64,000 nucleotides of DNA from an uncultured Rhodobacterales bacterium (GCA_964576515.1 CAZNUW010000008.1:36307-100306); one strand, 5' to 3'. Numbered from the stretch's first letter, positions 7,571-18,299 are shown. Numbers and translations are program-made. Notes: generated by a model from the letters alone, not told the origin.

Positions 7571-9637
7571 ATGTCAGATCGCAATGCGAGAACCATGAGC
7601 ACCACCAAGGGCACACGATGCATTGCCCTGGTCGGTCCCCAATCCAGCGGCAAGACCACACTGATCGAGAGCATGATGGTCGCCGCCGGCTCCATCCCGA
7701 AACGCGGAAATATCGGCGGCGGAACAATGGTCAGTGACGCAAGCCCCGAAGCGCGAAACCGGCAGATGTCGACCGAAGTGACGCCCGTGCGATTTTCGTA
7801 CCTCGGAGACGACTGGGTCGTGCTCGATTGCCCCGGCGCGGTCGATCTCGTTCAGGATGCGCAACAATCGATGTTGATCTCCGACGCAGTGGTGGTGGTC
7901 GCCGACCCGGACGAAACACGGATGCTGGCGCTAGGCCCTCTCTTGCGCTTCCTCGACACTCACAAGATCCCCCACTTCCTTTTCATCAATAAGATCGACG
8001 CGGACGTAAGCGGCGTTCAGGACCTTCTGGCCGCCGCGCAACGCCAATCCGCACGCCCCCTCGTGTTGCGCCACGCGGCCATCACAGAAAGCGGGCACAT
8101 CACGGGATATGTCGATCTGGTCGCTGAACGCGCGTATCACTACATAGACGACAAGGCGTCCGAACGTATTCCCATGGACGGGGTCGCGGATGTATCGCTC
8201 GCGGATGCGCGCCGCCTGCTTCTGGAAAAACTTTCGGACTTCGACGATGCGTTGCTCGAGAAACTTCTCGAAGACGCCGTTCCGGACCGGACGGAAGTGT
8301 ACCGCCACCTGACGCGCGAGATGCAAGAAGACTTGATCGTACCGGTCATGATTGGATCGGCCGAACATGGCCACGGCGTCCGCCGTCTGTTGAAAGCCCT
8401 CCGTCACGAGGTGCCCGCAGCCCGCGCGACCGCCGACCGGCTGGGCATTCCCGAGGACGCGCTCGTCGCGCAAATCTTCAAGACGCTTTATGCCCCGCAC
8501 GTCGGCAAACTATCCCTCACGCGTGTCTGGCGCGGCACGCTGAAGGACGGCGACGTCCTGGCCGGGGTCCGGATTACCAATATGCAAGAGGCCACGGAAC
8601 CCAAACAGGCCAAGGCGGGCAAACTTCCCGTCGTGCCGGAAGGCGGCATCGTGGCGCTGAGTAAGTTCGACGCCGGTAAAGCGGGGTCCGTACTGACGGA
8701 AGCGAGCGCGTCGGCGCCGAAGATCTGGCCACAACCGCCCCCGGCCCTTTTCACCGTGGCGCTTGCGGCCAAAGACCGCAAGGACGACGTCAAGCTCGGT
8801 GAAGCCTTGCGCAAGATCTGCGAGGAAGACCCCTCCCTCAACCTGGATCATATGACGGAAACATCGGAGTTGCTTTTGCGCGGACAGGGCGATGTCCACC
8901 TCAACATCGCATTGGAGCGGTTGAAGCGGAAATTCGACCTGACCGTGGCGACGCACGCGCCGCAAGTCCCTTATCGTGAAACCATCAGGAAGGGCATCAC
9001 CCATCACGCGCGTCATAAGCGCCAATCCGGAGGCCATGGGCAATTCGCCGACATCCGGGTCGAGATCAAGCCCTTGCCGCGCGGGTCGGGCTTCGTATTC
9101 ACCGACAGCATCGTCGGCGGCGTTGTGCCGAAGAATTTCATCCCCGCGGTCGAGGCCGGGTTGAAGGATAACACCGCCCACGGTCCGCTTGGATTCAACG
9201 TCGTCGACATCAATGTACGCCTATACGACGGGCAGTATCATAGCGTCGACAGTTCGGATCAGGCGTTCCGCACAGCGGGGCGCCTTGCGATGACGGAAGC
9301 GCTACCGCAATGCGAGCCCGTACTGCTCGAACCCATCTGCGACGTCAAAATCTACATGCCGACCGAATTCACTTCGCGCGTACAACGCACGATCACGCAA
9401 AGGCGCGCGCAGATCCTGGGATTCAACGCCCGCGAGGGATGGGACGGCTGGGAAGAAATCCACGTCAATATGCCGGAAGCCGCGATGCAGGATCTCATCA
9501 CTGAAATCCGTTCGATCACGCAAGGCATCGGCACCTTCGAGTCCGCATTCAGTCATTATCAAGAGCTGATCGGACGGGACGCTGAGCGGGTCGTGCAAAC
9601 CCGGAAGCAGACCATGGGCGCCGGCGCCCATCACTGA
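7571..9637 (+). CDS. elongation factor G-like GTPase paralog (atypical G3 motif)
   Basis: P-loop GPQSSGKTT, NKID, and EF-G domains II-V (e.g. GQGDVHLNIALERLK, SGGHGQFADI, YHSVDSS). GGGAGGA RBS upstream of 7571. The G3 motif reads DCPGAVD rather than DxPGHxD. Confidence 0.85.
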   Translation: MSDRNARTMSTTKGTRCIALVGPQSSGKTTLIESMMVAAGSIPKRGNIGGGTMVSDASPEARNRQMSTEVTPVRFSYLGDDWVVLDCPGAVDLVQDAQQSMLISDAVVVVADPDETRMLALGPLLRFLDTHKIPHFLFINKIDADVSGVQDLLAAAQRQSARPLVLRHAAITESGHITGYVDLVAERAYHYIDDKASERIPMDGVADVSLADARRLLLEKLSDFDDALLEKLLEDAVPDRTEVYRHLTREMQEDLIVPVMIGSAEHGHGVRRLLKALRHEVPAARATADRLGIPEDALVAQIFKTLYAPHVGKLSLTRVWRGTLKDGDVLAGVRITNMQEATEPKQAKAGKLPVVPEGGIVALSKFDAGKAGSVLTEASASAPKIWPQPPPALFTVALAAKDRKDDVKLGEALRKICEEDPSLNLDHMTETSELLLRGQGDVHLNIALERLKRKFDLTVATHAPQVPYRETIRKGITHHARHKRQSGGHGQFADIRVEIKPLPRGSGFVFTDSIVGGVVPKNFIPAVEAGLKDNTAHGPLGFNVVDINVRLYDGQYHSVDSSDQAFRTAGRLAMTEALPQCEPVLLEPICDVKIYMPTEFTSRVQRTITQRRAQILGFNAREGWDGWEEIHVNMPEAAMQDLITEIRSITQGIGTFESAFSHYQELIGRDAERVVQTRKQTMGAGAHH

Positions 9638-9658
9638 CGATACTGCGCTATTTTCGGC

Positions 9659-9697
9659 AGCGCGGCGGTAAATTAAAGACCGCCGCGCTTCTTTTTT
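9659..9697 (+). terminator. intrinsic terminator after the EF-G-like gene
   Basis: 11-bp stem AGCGCGGCGGT / ACCGCCGCGCT followed by TCTTTTTTGCCGTTTTT. Confidence 0.7.
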
Positions 9698-9752
9698 GCC
9701 GTTTTTCAGACGTTATATCAGCCCCATAACAGCGCCCTTGGTGTAGGATAAG

Positions 9753-9998
9753 ATGACGTTTCGCCAAAAGATAAGGACCGTCAAAGAAAAGGTGATGCAC
9801 CTTCCGAAGCCGGTGCGGATCGTCGTCGGGATTCTCTTCGTCCTGTTCGGACTTGTGGGCTTTCTGCCGGTCCTGGGCTTTTGGATGGTTCCGGTAGGTC
9901 TCGGTATCCTTGCGATCGACATTCCGGTTGTCAGGAGATTTGTTCATCGGGTCGTGACCGCGTTCAATCAATGGCGGCGCAAGCGGCGGGGAAAATGA
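9753..9998 (+). CDS. small two-TM membrane protein (PGPGW-like)
   Basis: 81 aa with two hydrophobic helices (IVVGILFVLFGLVGFLPVLGFWMVPVGLGILAI). Its stop overlaps the next start (ATGA). Confidence 0.55.
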   Translation: MTFRQKIRTVKEKVMHLPKPVRIVVGILFVLFGLVGFLPVLGFWMVPVGLGILAIDIPVVRRFVHRVVTAFNQWRRKRRGK

Positions 9999-11488
9999 AG
10001 GGTCTGCGTTTCGGTCTGGCAGTAAGCCTCGTTGCGGCGCTTGGCGCCTGCACGCGCGCGCCTACCGAGGACGCCTTGAAGACAGACCTGCAGCAAATGC
10101 TGGAAACGAATTTCGCGCCCGGCCTGTTGGAGGTCGTGTCGGCGCGCCGCGCGAACGACTTTCCCTTTGTCGCGCCCGGCGAAAACGTCCGCGTCCGCTA
10201 TGACGCAACGTTGCGCCTCAAGCGCGACCACCGTTTCGGCGCGTGGGACCAGATCAACATCGGCATCCTGTCTTCATTGCTTGACGCCAAGCCTGAAGAT
10301 ATCGAGGGCGTGAAAGCCGACGGCAACACGGCCGGCGACGCCATCACCCTGCGCGGACGGATGGCCTATCTTGCGACGCGCGGCGTGCTCGTGCCCAATG
10401 TACGCCCCCCCGCCGCCGAGAAAGCGGATGTGGGCGGCTTCGTGCTGATCGCGAACATCGAGGATGCCCTGGCGCGGCGCTGGGCGTCCGTGAACGAAAG
10501 CGTGCGCGCGTCGCGCCTGGGCCTCATGCTCGACGAATGGAACGATGCGCAAAAGTCCGTCGCGAGCCGCAGCGCCCGCGAGAGCGGCGGCTTCGCCATT
10601 GCCACAGGTGTCGAGGGCAGCGTTTATTGGCGGATCGGCCATGCGGCGGAAGCCGCCGCGCGCAATGCGGACCTCGCGTTTGAGAACGTCGCCGTTTCGG
10701 ACGAACAAGAAGCGCTCGATTTCCTGCGCGACGGCCGCGCGAGCGCCGTCGTGATTCGCAATACGGAAGCGGCCATGGCGCTCGGCGGCGCCTCACCATA
10801 CGACGCCAGCGGTCCTTATCACCTGACCGCGTTGGCGGCGCTGTATCCGGAACCCGTGCACGTCGTGGTCAAAGCCGACAGCCAACTGGGATCACCCGCG
10901 GACCTGTACGGCAAACATGTCGGCGTCGCCGGCACGGCTCGTGTCGACGCGCTGGAAGCGGAAGCAATCTTGCGCGGTCACGGCATTCCGCTGGCGCAAC
11001 TCGCCGCGCCGTTGGCGGCCGTGCCCGCCGCCGACGCCCTCGACCACCTGGAGGCCGGGGCCTTCGACGCCTTGATCATCACCTCCCCCCTGCCCGACGC
11101 CGCGCTGCGGGCCTTCGCCGCCCGCCGGCCTGTCCGCCTGCTTCCCTTCGACGGCGACGCCATTGCTTTCTTGACCAGCGGCCTGGCCAACTACGTCGCG
11201 ATCACGATCCCCGCGCACGCTTATCCCGGCCAGACCCGCCCCTTGGCCGCCGTCGCAGCCGTCGCAATGCTGGTTTCGGTCGATACCGTGCCCGAGAAGG
11301 AAGCCGCCGGACTTCTCGACCTTATGCTGGCGCGTACCGATTACCTGACCGAAGGCAGCCTCACAGGGCTGATGATTGGCCGAAACGACGCCAAACGGGC
11401 TATGACGCTGCCCTGGCACCCTGGCGCCACGGCGTTTTTCGAGGCGTCAACGAAAGACCCCGCGCTCCTTAATCCCCGCGCGCCTTAG
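9995..11488 (+). CDS. lipoprotein with C-terminal TAXI-family (TRAP-type) solute-binding domain
   Basis: Lipobox LGAC. The C-terminal half (..VVIRNTEAA...GKHVGVAG....DALIITSP...YVAITIPAHAYPGQ...TLPWHPGA..FF) resembles TAXI/NMT1-like binding proteins. No TRAP permease gene is adjacent. Confidence 0.6.
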   Translation: MKGLRFGLAVSLVAALGACTRAPTEDALKTDLQQMLETNFAPGLLEVVSARRANDFPFVAPGENVRVRYDATLRLKRDHRFGAWDQINIGILSSLLDAKPEDIEGVKADGNTAGDAITLRGRMAYLATRGVLVPNVRPPAAEKADVGGFVLIANIEDALARRWASVNESVRASRLGLMLDEWNDAQKSVASRSARESGGFAIATGVEGSVYWRIGHAAEAAARNADLAFENVAVSDEQEALDFLRDGRASAVVIRNTEAAMALGGASPYDASGPYHLTALAALYPEPVHVVVKADSQLGSPADLYGKHVGVAGTARVDALEAEAILRGHGIPLAQLAAPLAAVPAADALDHLEAGAFDALIITSPLPDAALRAFAARRPVRLLPFDGDAIAFLTSGLANYVAITIPAHAYPGQTRPLAAVAAVAMLVSVDTVPEKEAAGLLDLMLARTDYLTEGSLTGLMIGRNDAKRAMTLPWHPGATAFFEASTKDPALLNPRAP

Positions 11489-11570
11489 GGATGGTAGACC
11501 CTCGCGGTTGCTTGTCTTGCGCATATTAAACGCGCAGTTGTTGCATATTTTTTACGCTTATTTTTTATAT

Positions 11571-11585
11571 GCCTAATTATTAGGC
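11571..11585. promoter_or_regulatory. perfect 7-1-7 palindrome GCCTAAT-T-ATTAGGC in an AT-rich patch upstream of the sigma-54 promoter
   Basis: Read directly. The surrounding 11520-11620 is markedly AT-rich for this genome (possible IHF or regulator site). Confidence 0.25.
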
Positions 11586-11666
11586 TAATGCCGCGCAGAA
11601 GAATATGATTAGTCATATTTTTCAAGCCTCTCCAACCCCTTGGATTCCCCATTGAATCTCTGGCAC

Positions 11667-11684
11667 TGCGGCAAATTTGCTGCA
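11667..11684. promoter_or_regulatory. near-palindrome TGCGGCAAATTTGCTGCA (possible NtrC-type enhancer site)
   Basis: 16 of 18 positions are symmetric and the core GCAAATTTGC is perfect. It lies only about 12 nt upstream of the -24 element, which is unusually close for an enhancer. Confidence 0.25.
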
Positions 11685-11695
11685 CCGCACAAATC

Positions 11696-11711
11696 TGGCA
11701 TGACCCTTGCA
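11696..11711 (+). promoter_or_regulatory. sigma-54 (-24/-12) promoter TGGCAT-N5-TTGCA
   Basis: Near-consensus match to TGGCAC-N5-TTGCA, 107 nt upstream of the porin ATG and upstream of amtB and glnK. Confidence 0.6.
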
Positions 11712-11817
11712 ATGATGGGGAACGGGCCAACGCCCGACGGACGCGGTGAAGACACAAGGACAGTGTCGCAAAACACCAAAGCCGCCTCCGGAGATCAAAC
11801 TTGCAGAGGGGATACCA

Positions 11818-12519
11818 ATGAACATCAAACTTGTCGGCGCGCTCGGTGCGGCTCTCGCGTTCACGGCGCCGAACATCGCCGCCGCTCAGGACAGCGCGCT
11901 CCCGGGCACCTTTACCGGCAACGTCGCGCTCACCAGCGACTATGTCTTCCGCGGCATCACGCAGACCAATGAAGACTTCGCCGTGCAAGGCGGCCTCGAT
12001 TGGGACAGCGGCGCGGGCTTCTACCTCGGCACCTGGGCGTCTTCCCTGGAGTTCGGCGACGACGCGAGCCTCGAACTCGACCTGTACGGCGGCTACCGCG
12101 GCGCGGTCGAGAACTTCACCTATGACGTCGGCTTCCTTTACTACATGTATCCGGGCGCCTCGGCCCCGGGTTACGATTTTTGGGAAGTGTACGGCAAAGC
12201 CGGCTACAACTTCGGCCCGATGGCGGCGACGGTCGGCATCAACTACACACCCGACAACTTCGGCGCCACGAACAACGACTCCAGCGTCTATTACAGCGGC
12301 GTCCTGAGCGCCCCGATCGGCGACATGTTCGCGATCTCGGCCGGCGTCGGCTACTCGGCGCTTGAAGGCGTGAAGAACTACGCCGACTGGAACCTCGGCG
12401 CGACGTTGAACGTGCCGGACTGGTTCGCGCTCGACCTTCGTTACTACGACACCGACCTTCACTCCGCCGGTCGTCTCTCCGACGACCGCTTCGTGGTGAA
12501 GATCTCTCGCGCCTTCTAA
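11818..12519 (+). CDS. TorF-family putative outer-membrane porin
   Basis: Signal peptide, then G.VALTSDYVFRGITQTNE.FAVQGGLDW....FYLGTWASS motif and a C-terminal ...KISRAF terminal Phe. Confidence 0.7.
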   Translation: MNIKLVGALGAALAFTAPNIAAAQDSALPGTFTGNVALTSDYVFRGITQTNEDFAVQGGLDWDSGAGFYLGTWASSLEFGDDASLELDLYGGYRGAVENFTYDVGFLYYMYPGASAPGYDFWEVYGKAGYNFGPMAATVGINYTPDNFGATNNDSSVYYSGVLSAPIGDMFAISAGVGYSALEGVKNYADWNLGATLNVPDWFALDLRYYDTDLHSAGRLSDDRFVVKISRAF

Positions 12520-12595
12520 CTTGCCAACGGTGCCGCGGCCTCAAAGCCGCGGCACTTTTTCTGACGTCTAACGACCCAACTGGGGGAACAACCAC

Positions 12596-14005
12596 ATGAA
12601 ACGTTTGAGGACTTCGATAACTGCAATGCTGTGGGCCGCAGTGTTCGCGTTGACGCTGGCCGCTCCTGTCGTCTCTCCGGCATTCGCGCAAGACGCCGCT
12701 CCGGCGGCCGAAGCGACGGCCGAGCCTGAAGCCGCCGCGCCAGCGGAAGCCGCTCCGGCCGCGCCTGAAGCCGCGCCGGCCGAAGAAGAAGAGGCGCCGC
12801 CGACGATCGATTCCGGCGACACCGCGTGGATGCTCACGTCCACGCTGCTCGTCCTCATGATGACCATCCCCGGGGTCGCGCTTTTCTACGGCGGCATGGT
12901 CCGCAAGAAAAACGTGCTGGCGACGGTGATGCAGAGCTTCGCCATCACCTGCTTGATCTCGGTCATCTGGATGGTGGCGGGATACAGCCTCGCATTCGGC
13001 CCGGGCAACGCCTACATCGGCGACCTGAGCAAACTGTTCCTGGCGGGCGTGGGGATGGATTCCATCTCCTACACGATGCCTGAAACCGTGTTCATCACCT
13101 TCCAGATGACCTTCGCGATCATCACCCCGGCGCTGCTCGTCGGCGCCGTGGCCGACCGCATGAAGTTCTCGGCGATGGTGATCTTCATCACGGTGTGGAG
13201 CCTGGTCGTTTACGCGCCCATCTGCCACTGGGTGTGGGGCGGCGGCTTCCTCGGCACCGCCGGCGTCCTCGACTTCGCGGGCGGCACGGTCGTGCACATC
13301 AACTCGGGCGTCGCGGGCCTCGTTGCCGCACTCGTCCTCGGCAAGCGCGTCGGTTACGGCACCGAGCCGCTGCCGCCGCACAACCTGGTGCTCAGCGTCA
13401 TCGGCGCTTCGCTCCTGTGGGTCGGCTGGTTCGGCTTCAACGCCGGTTCCGCCGTCGCCGCGGGCGCCGGCGCGGGCATGGCCATGCTGGTCACGCAGAT
13501 CGCCGCGGCCGCAGCCGGTCTCTCGTGGATGTTCGTCGAATGGGCCTTCAAGGGTAAGCCCTCGGTCCTCGGCATCATCTCGGGCGCTGTCGGCGGTCTC
13601 GTCGCCATCACTCCGGCGGCCGGCTTCGTCGATCCGATGGGCGGTCTCATCATCGGCCTGATCGCCGGCGTTGGCTGCTACATCGGCGCCACCTCGCTCA
13701 AGCACGCCCTCGGTTACGACGACAGCCTGGATGTCTTCGGCATCCACGGTATCGGCGGCATCATCGGCGCGATCCTAACCGGCGTGTTCGCTCGTGAAGC
13801 GTTCGGCGGCAAGACCGGCCTGATCGAAGGCAACGGCGGCCAGGTGCTGCTGCAGCTCTACGGCATCGGTGTCACGATCGTGTTCACCGCTATTGCTACC
13901 TTCATCATCCTCAAGGTCGTGGACATGATCGTCGGTCTGCGCGTTGAGAAAGACGAAGAGCGCGAAGGGTTGGATCTCGTCCTCCACGGTGAGGTCGTGA
14001 ACTAA
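12596..14005 (+). CDS. amtB: ammonium transporter
   Basis: Signal peptide plus Ala/Pro/Glu-rich linker, then the Amt core (DSGDTAWML.S..LVL.M..PG.A.FYGG, AGG.VVHI.SG, WFGFNAGS). Confidence 0.95.
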   Translation: MKRLRTSITAMLWAAVFALTLAAPVVSPAFAQDAAPAAEATAEPEAAAPAEAAPAAPEAAPAEEEEAPPTIDSGDTAWMLTSTLLVLMMTIPGVALFYGGMVRKKNVLATVMQSFAITCLISVIWMVAGYSLAFGPGNAYIGDLSKLFLAGVGMDSISYTMPETVFITFQMTFAIITPALLVGAVADRMKFSAMVIFITVWSLVVYAPICHWVWGGGFLGTAGVLDFAGGTVVHINSGVAGLVAALVLGKRVGYGTEPLPPHNLVLSVIGASLLWVGWFGFNAGSAVAAGAGAGMAMLVTQIAAAAAGLSWMFVEWAFKGKPSVLGIISGAVGGLVAITPAAGFVDPMGGLIIGLIAGVGCYIGATSLKHALGYDDSLDVFGIHGIGGIIGAILTGVFAREAFGGKTGLIEGNGGQVLLQLYGIGVTIVFTAIATFIILKVVDMIVGLRVEKDEEREGLDLVLHGEVVN

Positions 14006-14187
14006 CCCATAGGGGAAGCGGGGACGCGCTCGACAGAGTTCGCCACATTCGGGTTCACCCCCGGTGTGGCGAACTTCTCCCCCTCGCCCCGATGGTGATA
14101 AAGTGAGTCGGTCGGCGGTAGTTCGTTCCACCCGATCAGACCCATGGGTTCGCAAGGCAATAGTTCGCGGGATTTCACCCGCGGTGA

Positions 14188-14553
<366 letters not shown>

Positions 14554-14587
14554 GAAATACTCGTAGGCCTCCCAGGCCTCACCTAGA

Positions 14588-14623
14588 GCCGGCCAGGGTC
14601 CTCCCCCCTGCGCCGGCTTTTTT
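14588..14623 (+). terminator. terminator-like hairpin after glnK
   Basis: GCCGGC...GCCGGC stem followed by TTTTTT. The loop is large, so this is moderate. Confidence 0.4.
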
Positions 14624-14628
14624 CTCGG

Positions 14629-15999
14629 CTACCGCGGTGCGCCCGTCGTACCGCCCACGGCTTTCATGAAGCGGTCCGCGAGCGGCGCCATCTTCGCTTC
14701 CGTGAACATCGGGCCGACGAGTTGAACGCCGAACGGGAGATCCTTCTTATTGATGCCGGCAGGCACCGCGAACGCGGCGAGGTCAAGGATGTTGCCGAAG
14801 CCGGTATAGAAGCTGAAGCGCCAGGGAAGCGCGATGGGATCGGCTTCCACCTCCGCGACGGTCCCGGTGATCGGCGATGTGGGGACGAGCAGGAAATCCG
14901 CACCCGCGAAAATCGCCGCCACGTCCCGCTTCAAGGCCTCGAGTTTGTGCAAACCGGCGAACACTTCCGCCGCCTTGCGGTCTTTATTTCCCAAAACCAG
15001 CTTGACGACGTTCGGGTGGCATTCCGCTTCATGCGCCTCGATGAAGGCACCCAAGTCGACCACGCGCTCGGCGATGAACCCGGCTCCGTACAGAAGCGCG
15101 CCAGCATCGCGGAACGGGGCGAAGTCGATTTCAATCTTCTTGCCTCCGATACGCTCCATCGTGTCCACCGCTTTGGCGAACATGGCGGCATTATCGTCAT
15201 CGCCGAAGAATTCGAGATCCGAAGCGCGCGGCACGGCGAACGTGAACGCGTTGCCCGCCACCGGCGGGATCGAAACGCGCACACGCGAATAAATATCGGC
15301 GGAGTCCATATCCGCCAAGGCGTCGAGCACGGCCATCGCGTCTTCGACGTTATGCGCGAGGACGGAGACGCAATCGATGGAGCGATTGCACGGCACGACG
15401 CCGGACGCCGATATGACGCCGCGTGTCGGCTTCAAGCCGACGATATTATTGAACGCCGCCGGGATGCGGCCTGAACCGGCTGTGTCGCTGCCTAAGGCGA
15501 ACGGCACGATGCCCGCGCCCACCGCGACCGCGGATCCGGAGCTGGACCCGCCAGAGCAGTAGTCGCGCCCGAAGACCGAACGCGGAGCGCCGTAGGGCGA
15601 GCGGACACCGGCGGTACCGGTCGCGAACTGGTCCATATTGGCTTTGCCGATGATCACCGCGCCCGCCGCCTCGAGTTTACGGATCGCAAACGCGGTCTCC
15701 GCCGGGGTGAAGGCGTAGGCCGGGCACGCGGCGGTGGTCGGGTAGCCGGCGAGATCCATATTGTCCTTGATGGCGCAAGGCATGCCGAAGAGCGGCATCT
15801 TGGCCCGCGCAGCGGCATCCGCGCTCTCCAGGGCTGTTATGCGCGCATTCAGCGCCGCGGGAGGAATGCGGGTGATCCAGACCGCCGGATCGGGATAGGC
15901 GTCCGCGCGGCGTACGGCCTCCATCACGACGTCCGCCACACGGACGCCCGCAGCATAGGCCGCCCGGATCTCGGGCAACGTGAAACGCATGTTTTTCAT
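14629..15999 (-). CDS. amidase-signature enzyme (allophanate-hydrolase-like N-terminal and catalytic domains, cytoplasmic)
   Basis: KDN catalytic Lys context (PCAIKDNMD), GGSSSGSAVAV, GSDTAGSGRIPAAFN. No signal peptide. Start taken at MKNMRF (15999). Confidence 0.8.
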   Translation of the reverse strand: MKNMRFTLPEIRAAYAAGVRVADVVMEAVRRADAYPDPAVWITRIPPAALNARITALESADAAARAKMPLFGMPCAIKDNMDLAGYPTTAACPAYAFTPAETAFAIRKLEAAGAVIIGKANMDQFATGTAGVRSPYGAPRSVFGRDYCSGGSSSGSAVAVGAGIVPFALGSDTAGSGRIPAAFNNIVGLKPTRGVISASGVVPCNRSIDCVSVLAHNVEDAMAVLDALADMDSADIYSRVRVSIPPVAGNAFTFAVPRASDLEFFGDDDNAAMFAKAVDTMERIGGKKIEIDFAPFRDAGALLYGAGFIAERVVDLGAFIEAHEAECHPNVVKLVLGNKDRKAAEVFAGLHKLEALKRDVAAIFAGADFLLVPTSPITGTVAEVEADPIALPWRFSFYTGFGNILDLAAFAVPAGINKKDLPFGVQLVGPMFTEAKMAPLADRFMKAVGGTTGAPR

Positions 16000-16446
16000 G
16001 TGAAGGACCAAGGAAGGGAAACAGTCTTCCTCCCTACCCCCCTGTCCCCGGCGAGGCAAGCGGAAGGCGTGCGTGACGCCGACGAGAGAATAGGCCGACG
16101 CTGGACGTCCCCGACGGACTCGGCGGCGCCCGGTCGCGTCCACGCCGGGTCTTGAGACGCGATGATTTGCGGAAGCCGGACCTGACGTTTTGTGTGCAGT
16201 GCAGCGTAGAGGCCGCGCTTCAGGCCCCGGGAAATCGCCGTTGAGAGGGCAACGTAGGCGCGCGTTTCAGAAAGGCCCGAGTTACGGGCCGCGGCGGGGA
16301 CCGTACCATAATATGGGATACAAAAGCATATGCCAGGATCACTTATCCCCAAGATGGCACGAATTTTACCGAAACATCCCCTTGCGCTCGGGGGCCTCGA
16401 ATGTAAAGAACTGCCCGGAAGATCAGGCTTTTTTGAAGGAACGACG

Positions 16447-18273
16447 GTGAATAAGGACGTACGCTTGGCCACCACCAATACCAAACTGAATGACCTGGTG
16501 AATGAGATCGCGACCCTGTGCAAGCCGGATCGCATCCATTGGTGCGACGGCTCGGAGGAAGAGTACAACGCGCTTTGCGACGCGATGGTGAAAGGCGGCA
16601 CATTCATCCGCCTGAACGAACAAAAGCGCCCGAACTCCTATCTGTGCCGCTCGCACCCGGGCGACGTCGCGCGCGTCGAACACCGCACGTACATCTGCAC
16701 CGGCGACAAGGAAGACGCCGGCCCGACCAACAACTGGGCCGATCCCGCCGAGATGCGCCAGACTCTGAAGGGCCTGTTCGACGGCTGCATGCGCGGCCGC
16801 ACGATGTATGTGATTCCGTTCTCCATGGGCCCGTTGGGCTCCGACATCGCCCACATCGGCATCCAGATCACCGACTCCCCTTACGCCGTGGTCAACATGA
16901 AGATCATGACGCGCATGGGTAAGAAGGTGCTGGACGTTCTCGGCGACGGCGATTTCGTGCCTTGCATCCACTCGGTCGGCGCGCCGCTTGAACCCGGCCA
17001 GCAAGACGTCGCGTGGCCGTGCAACGAGCAGAAGTACATCGTGCACTTCCCCGAAGACCATGAGATTTGGTCGTTCGGCTCCGGATACGGCGGCAACGCC
17101 CTCCTCGGCAAGAAGTGCTTCGCGCTGCGCATCGCCTCGGTGATGGCGAAAGAGGAAGGCTGGCTGGCCGAGCATATGCTGATCGTCGGCCTTGAATCGC
17201 CCAAGGGCGAGAAGACCTACGTCGGCGCGGCGTTCCCGTCCGCCTGCGGCAAGACCAACCTCGCCATGATCATCCCGCCGCAAGGTTTCGAGGGTTGGAA
17301 AGCCTGGACCGTGGGCGACGATATCGCCTGGATCAAGCCCGCGGCCGACGGTTCGCTGCGCGCCATCAACCCGGAAGCCGGTTACTTCGGCGTCGCGCCG
17401 GGCACGTCCGATAAGACGAACCCGAATGCGATGAAACTGGTGGAGAAGAATTGCATCTTCACGAACGTCGCGCTGACCGACGACGGCGACGTGTGGTGGG
17501 AAGGCATGACCGACGAAGCGCCTTCGCACCTCATCGACTGGCAGGGCAAGGATTGGACCCCGGGCTGCGGTCGCGCCGCCGCTCACCCGAACGCTCGCTT
17601 CACGGCGCCCGCGACTCTCTGCCCGATCTTGGATCCGGCCTGGGACGACCCGAAGGGCGTGCCGATCTCGGCCTTCGTGTTCGGCGGCCGCATGAGCCAC
17701 ACGTTCCCGCTGGTGTTCCAGTCCTTCAACTGGGATCACGGCGTTTATCTCGCCGCCACGATGGGCTCGGAAGCCACCGCCGCGGCCGAGAACCAAGCCG
17801 CCGTTCGCCGCGATCCAATGGCGATGCTGCCCTTCTGCGGCTACAACATGGCCGACTATTGGGGTCACTGGCTGTCCATTAAGGACAAGGTGAAGACTCC
17901 GCCCGCCATTTTCCGCGTGAACTGGTTCCGCAAGGATGAGAACGGCAAGTTCATGTGGCCGGGTTACGGCCAGAACATGCGCGCGCTGGCGTGGATCGTG
18001 GACCGCGTCCACGGCCGCGGCGACGCGGTGGAAAGCCCGTTCGGATTCATGCCGCGCTACCAGGATCTGAAGTGGGACGGCCTCGCCTTCGACAAAGCGA
18101 AGTTCCAGAGCCTCATGCAGATCGACCGTACCCAGGCTTTGCGTGAAATCGACGATCAGAAGAGCCTGTTCGAGCGATTTGGGGACCGCACGCCGAAGCT
18201 GCTCGTGACGCAGCAAGGCGAAGTGCGCAAGCGCGTCGAGGGCGCCGCCGAGGTGTGGAGCCCGGCCGCTTAA
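16447..18273 (+). CDS. pckG: phosphoenolpyruvate carboxykinase (GTP)
   Basis: GTP-PEPCK motifs ([30 protein letters not shown]). Start is uncertain: GTG 16447 has an AAGGA RBS, with ATG 16357 or 16330 as alternatives. Confidence 0.85.
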   Translation: MNKDVRLATTNTKLNDLVNEIATLCKPDRIHWCDGSEEEYNALCDAMVKGGTFIRLNEQKRPNSYLCRSHPGDVARVEHRTYICTGDKEDAGPTNNWADPAEMRQTLKGLFDGCMRGRTMYVIPFSMGPLGSDIAHIGIQITDSPYAVVNMKIMTRMGKKVLDVLGDGDFVPCIHSVGAPLEPGQQDVAWPCNEQKYIVHFPEDHEIWSFGSGYGGNALLGKKCFALRIASVMAKEEGWLAEHMLIVGLESPKGEKTYVGAAFPSACGKTNLAMIIPPQGFEGWKAWTVGDDIAWIKPAADGSLRAINPEAGYFGVAPGTSDKTNPNAMKLVEKNCIFTNVALTDDGDVWWEGMTDEAPSHLIDWQGKDWTPGCGRAAAHPNARFTAPATLCPILDPAWDDPKGVPISAFVFGGRMSHTFPLVFQSFNWDHGVYLAATMGSEATAAAENQAAVRRDPMAMLPFCGYNMADYWGHWLSIKDKVKTPPAIFRVNWFRKDENGKFMWPGYGQNMRALAWIVDRVHGRGDAVESPFGFMPRYQDLKWDGLAFDKAKFQSLMQIDRTQALREIDDQKSLFERFGDRTPKLLVTQQGEVRKRVEGAAEVWSPAA

Positions 18274-18299
18274 GACGGTCACGGCGTTCAAACAAAAAA

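Noticed and set aside
11485-12462. 325-aa minus-strand ORF over the sigma-54 promoter region and porin gene
   Set aside because: It spans an AT-rich non-coding region and the antisense of the porin gene, with Arg/Val/Ala-rich junk composition.
12239-13747. 502-aa minus-strand ORF antisense to amtB
   Set aside because: This is a typical long antisense ORF of a high-GC gene (Arg/Gly/Asp/His-rich, no motifs). The plus-strand frame is an unambiguous Amt transporter.
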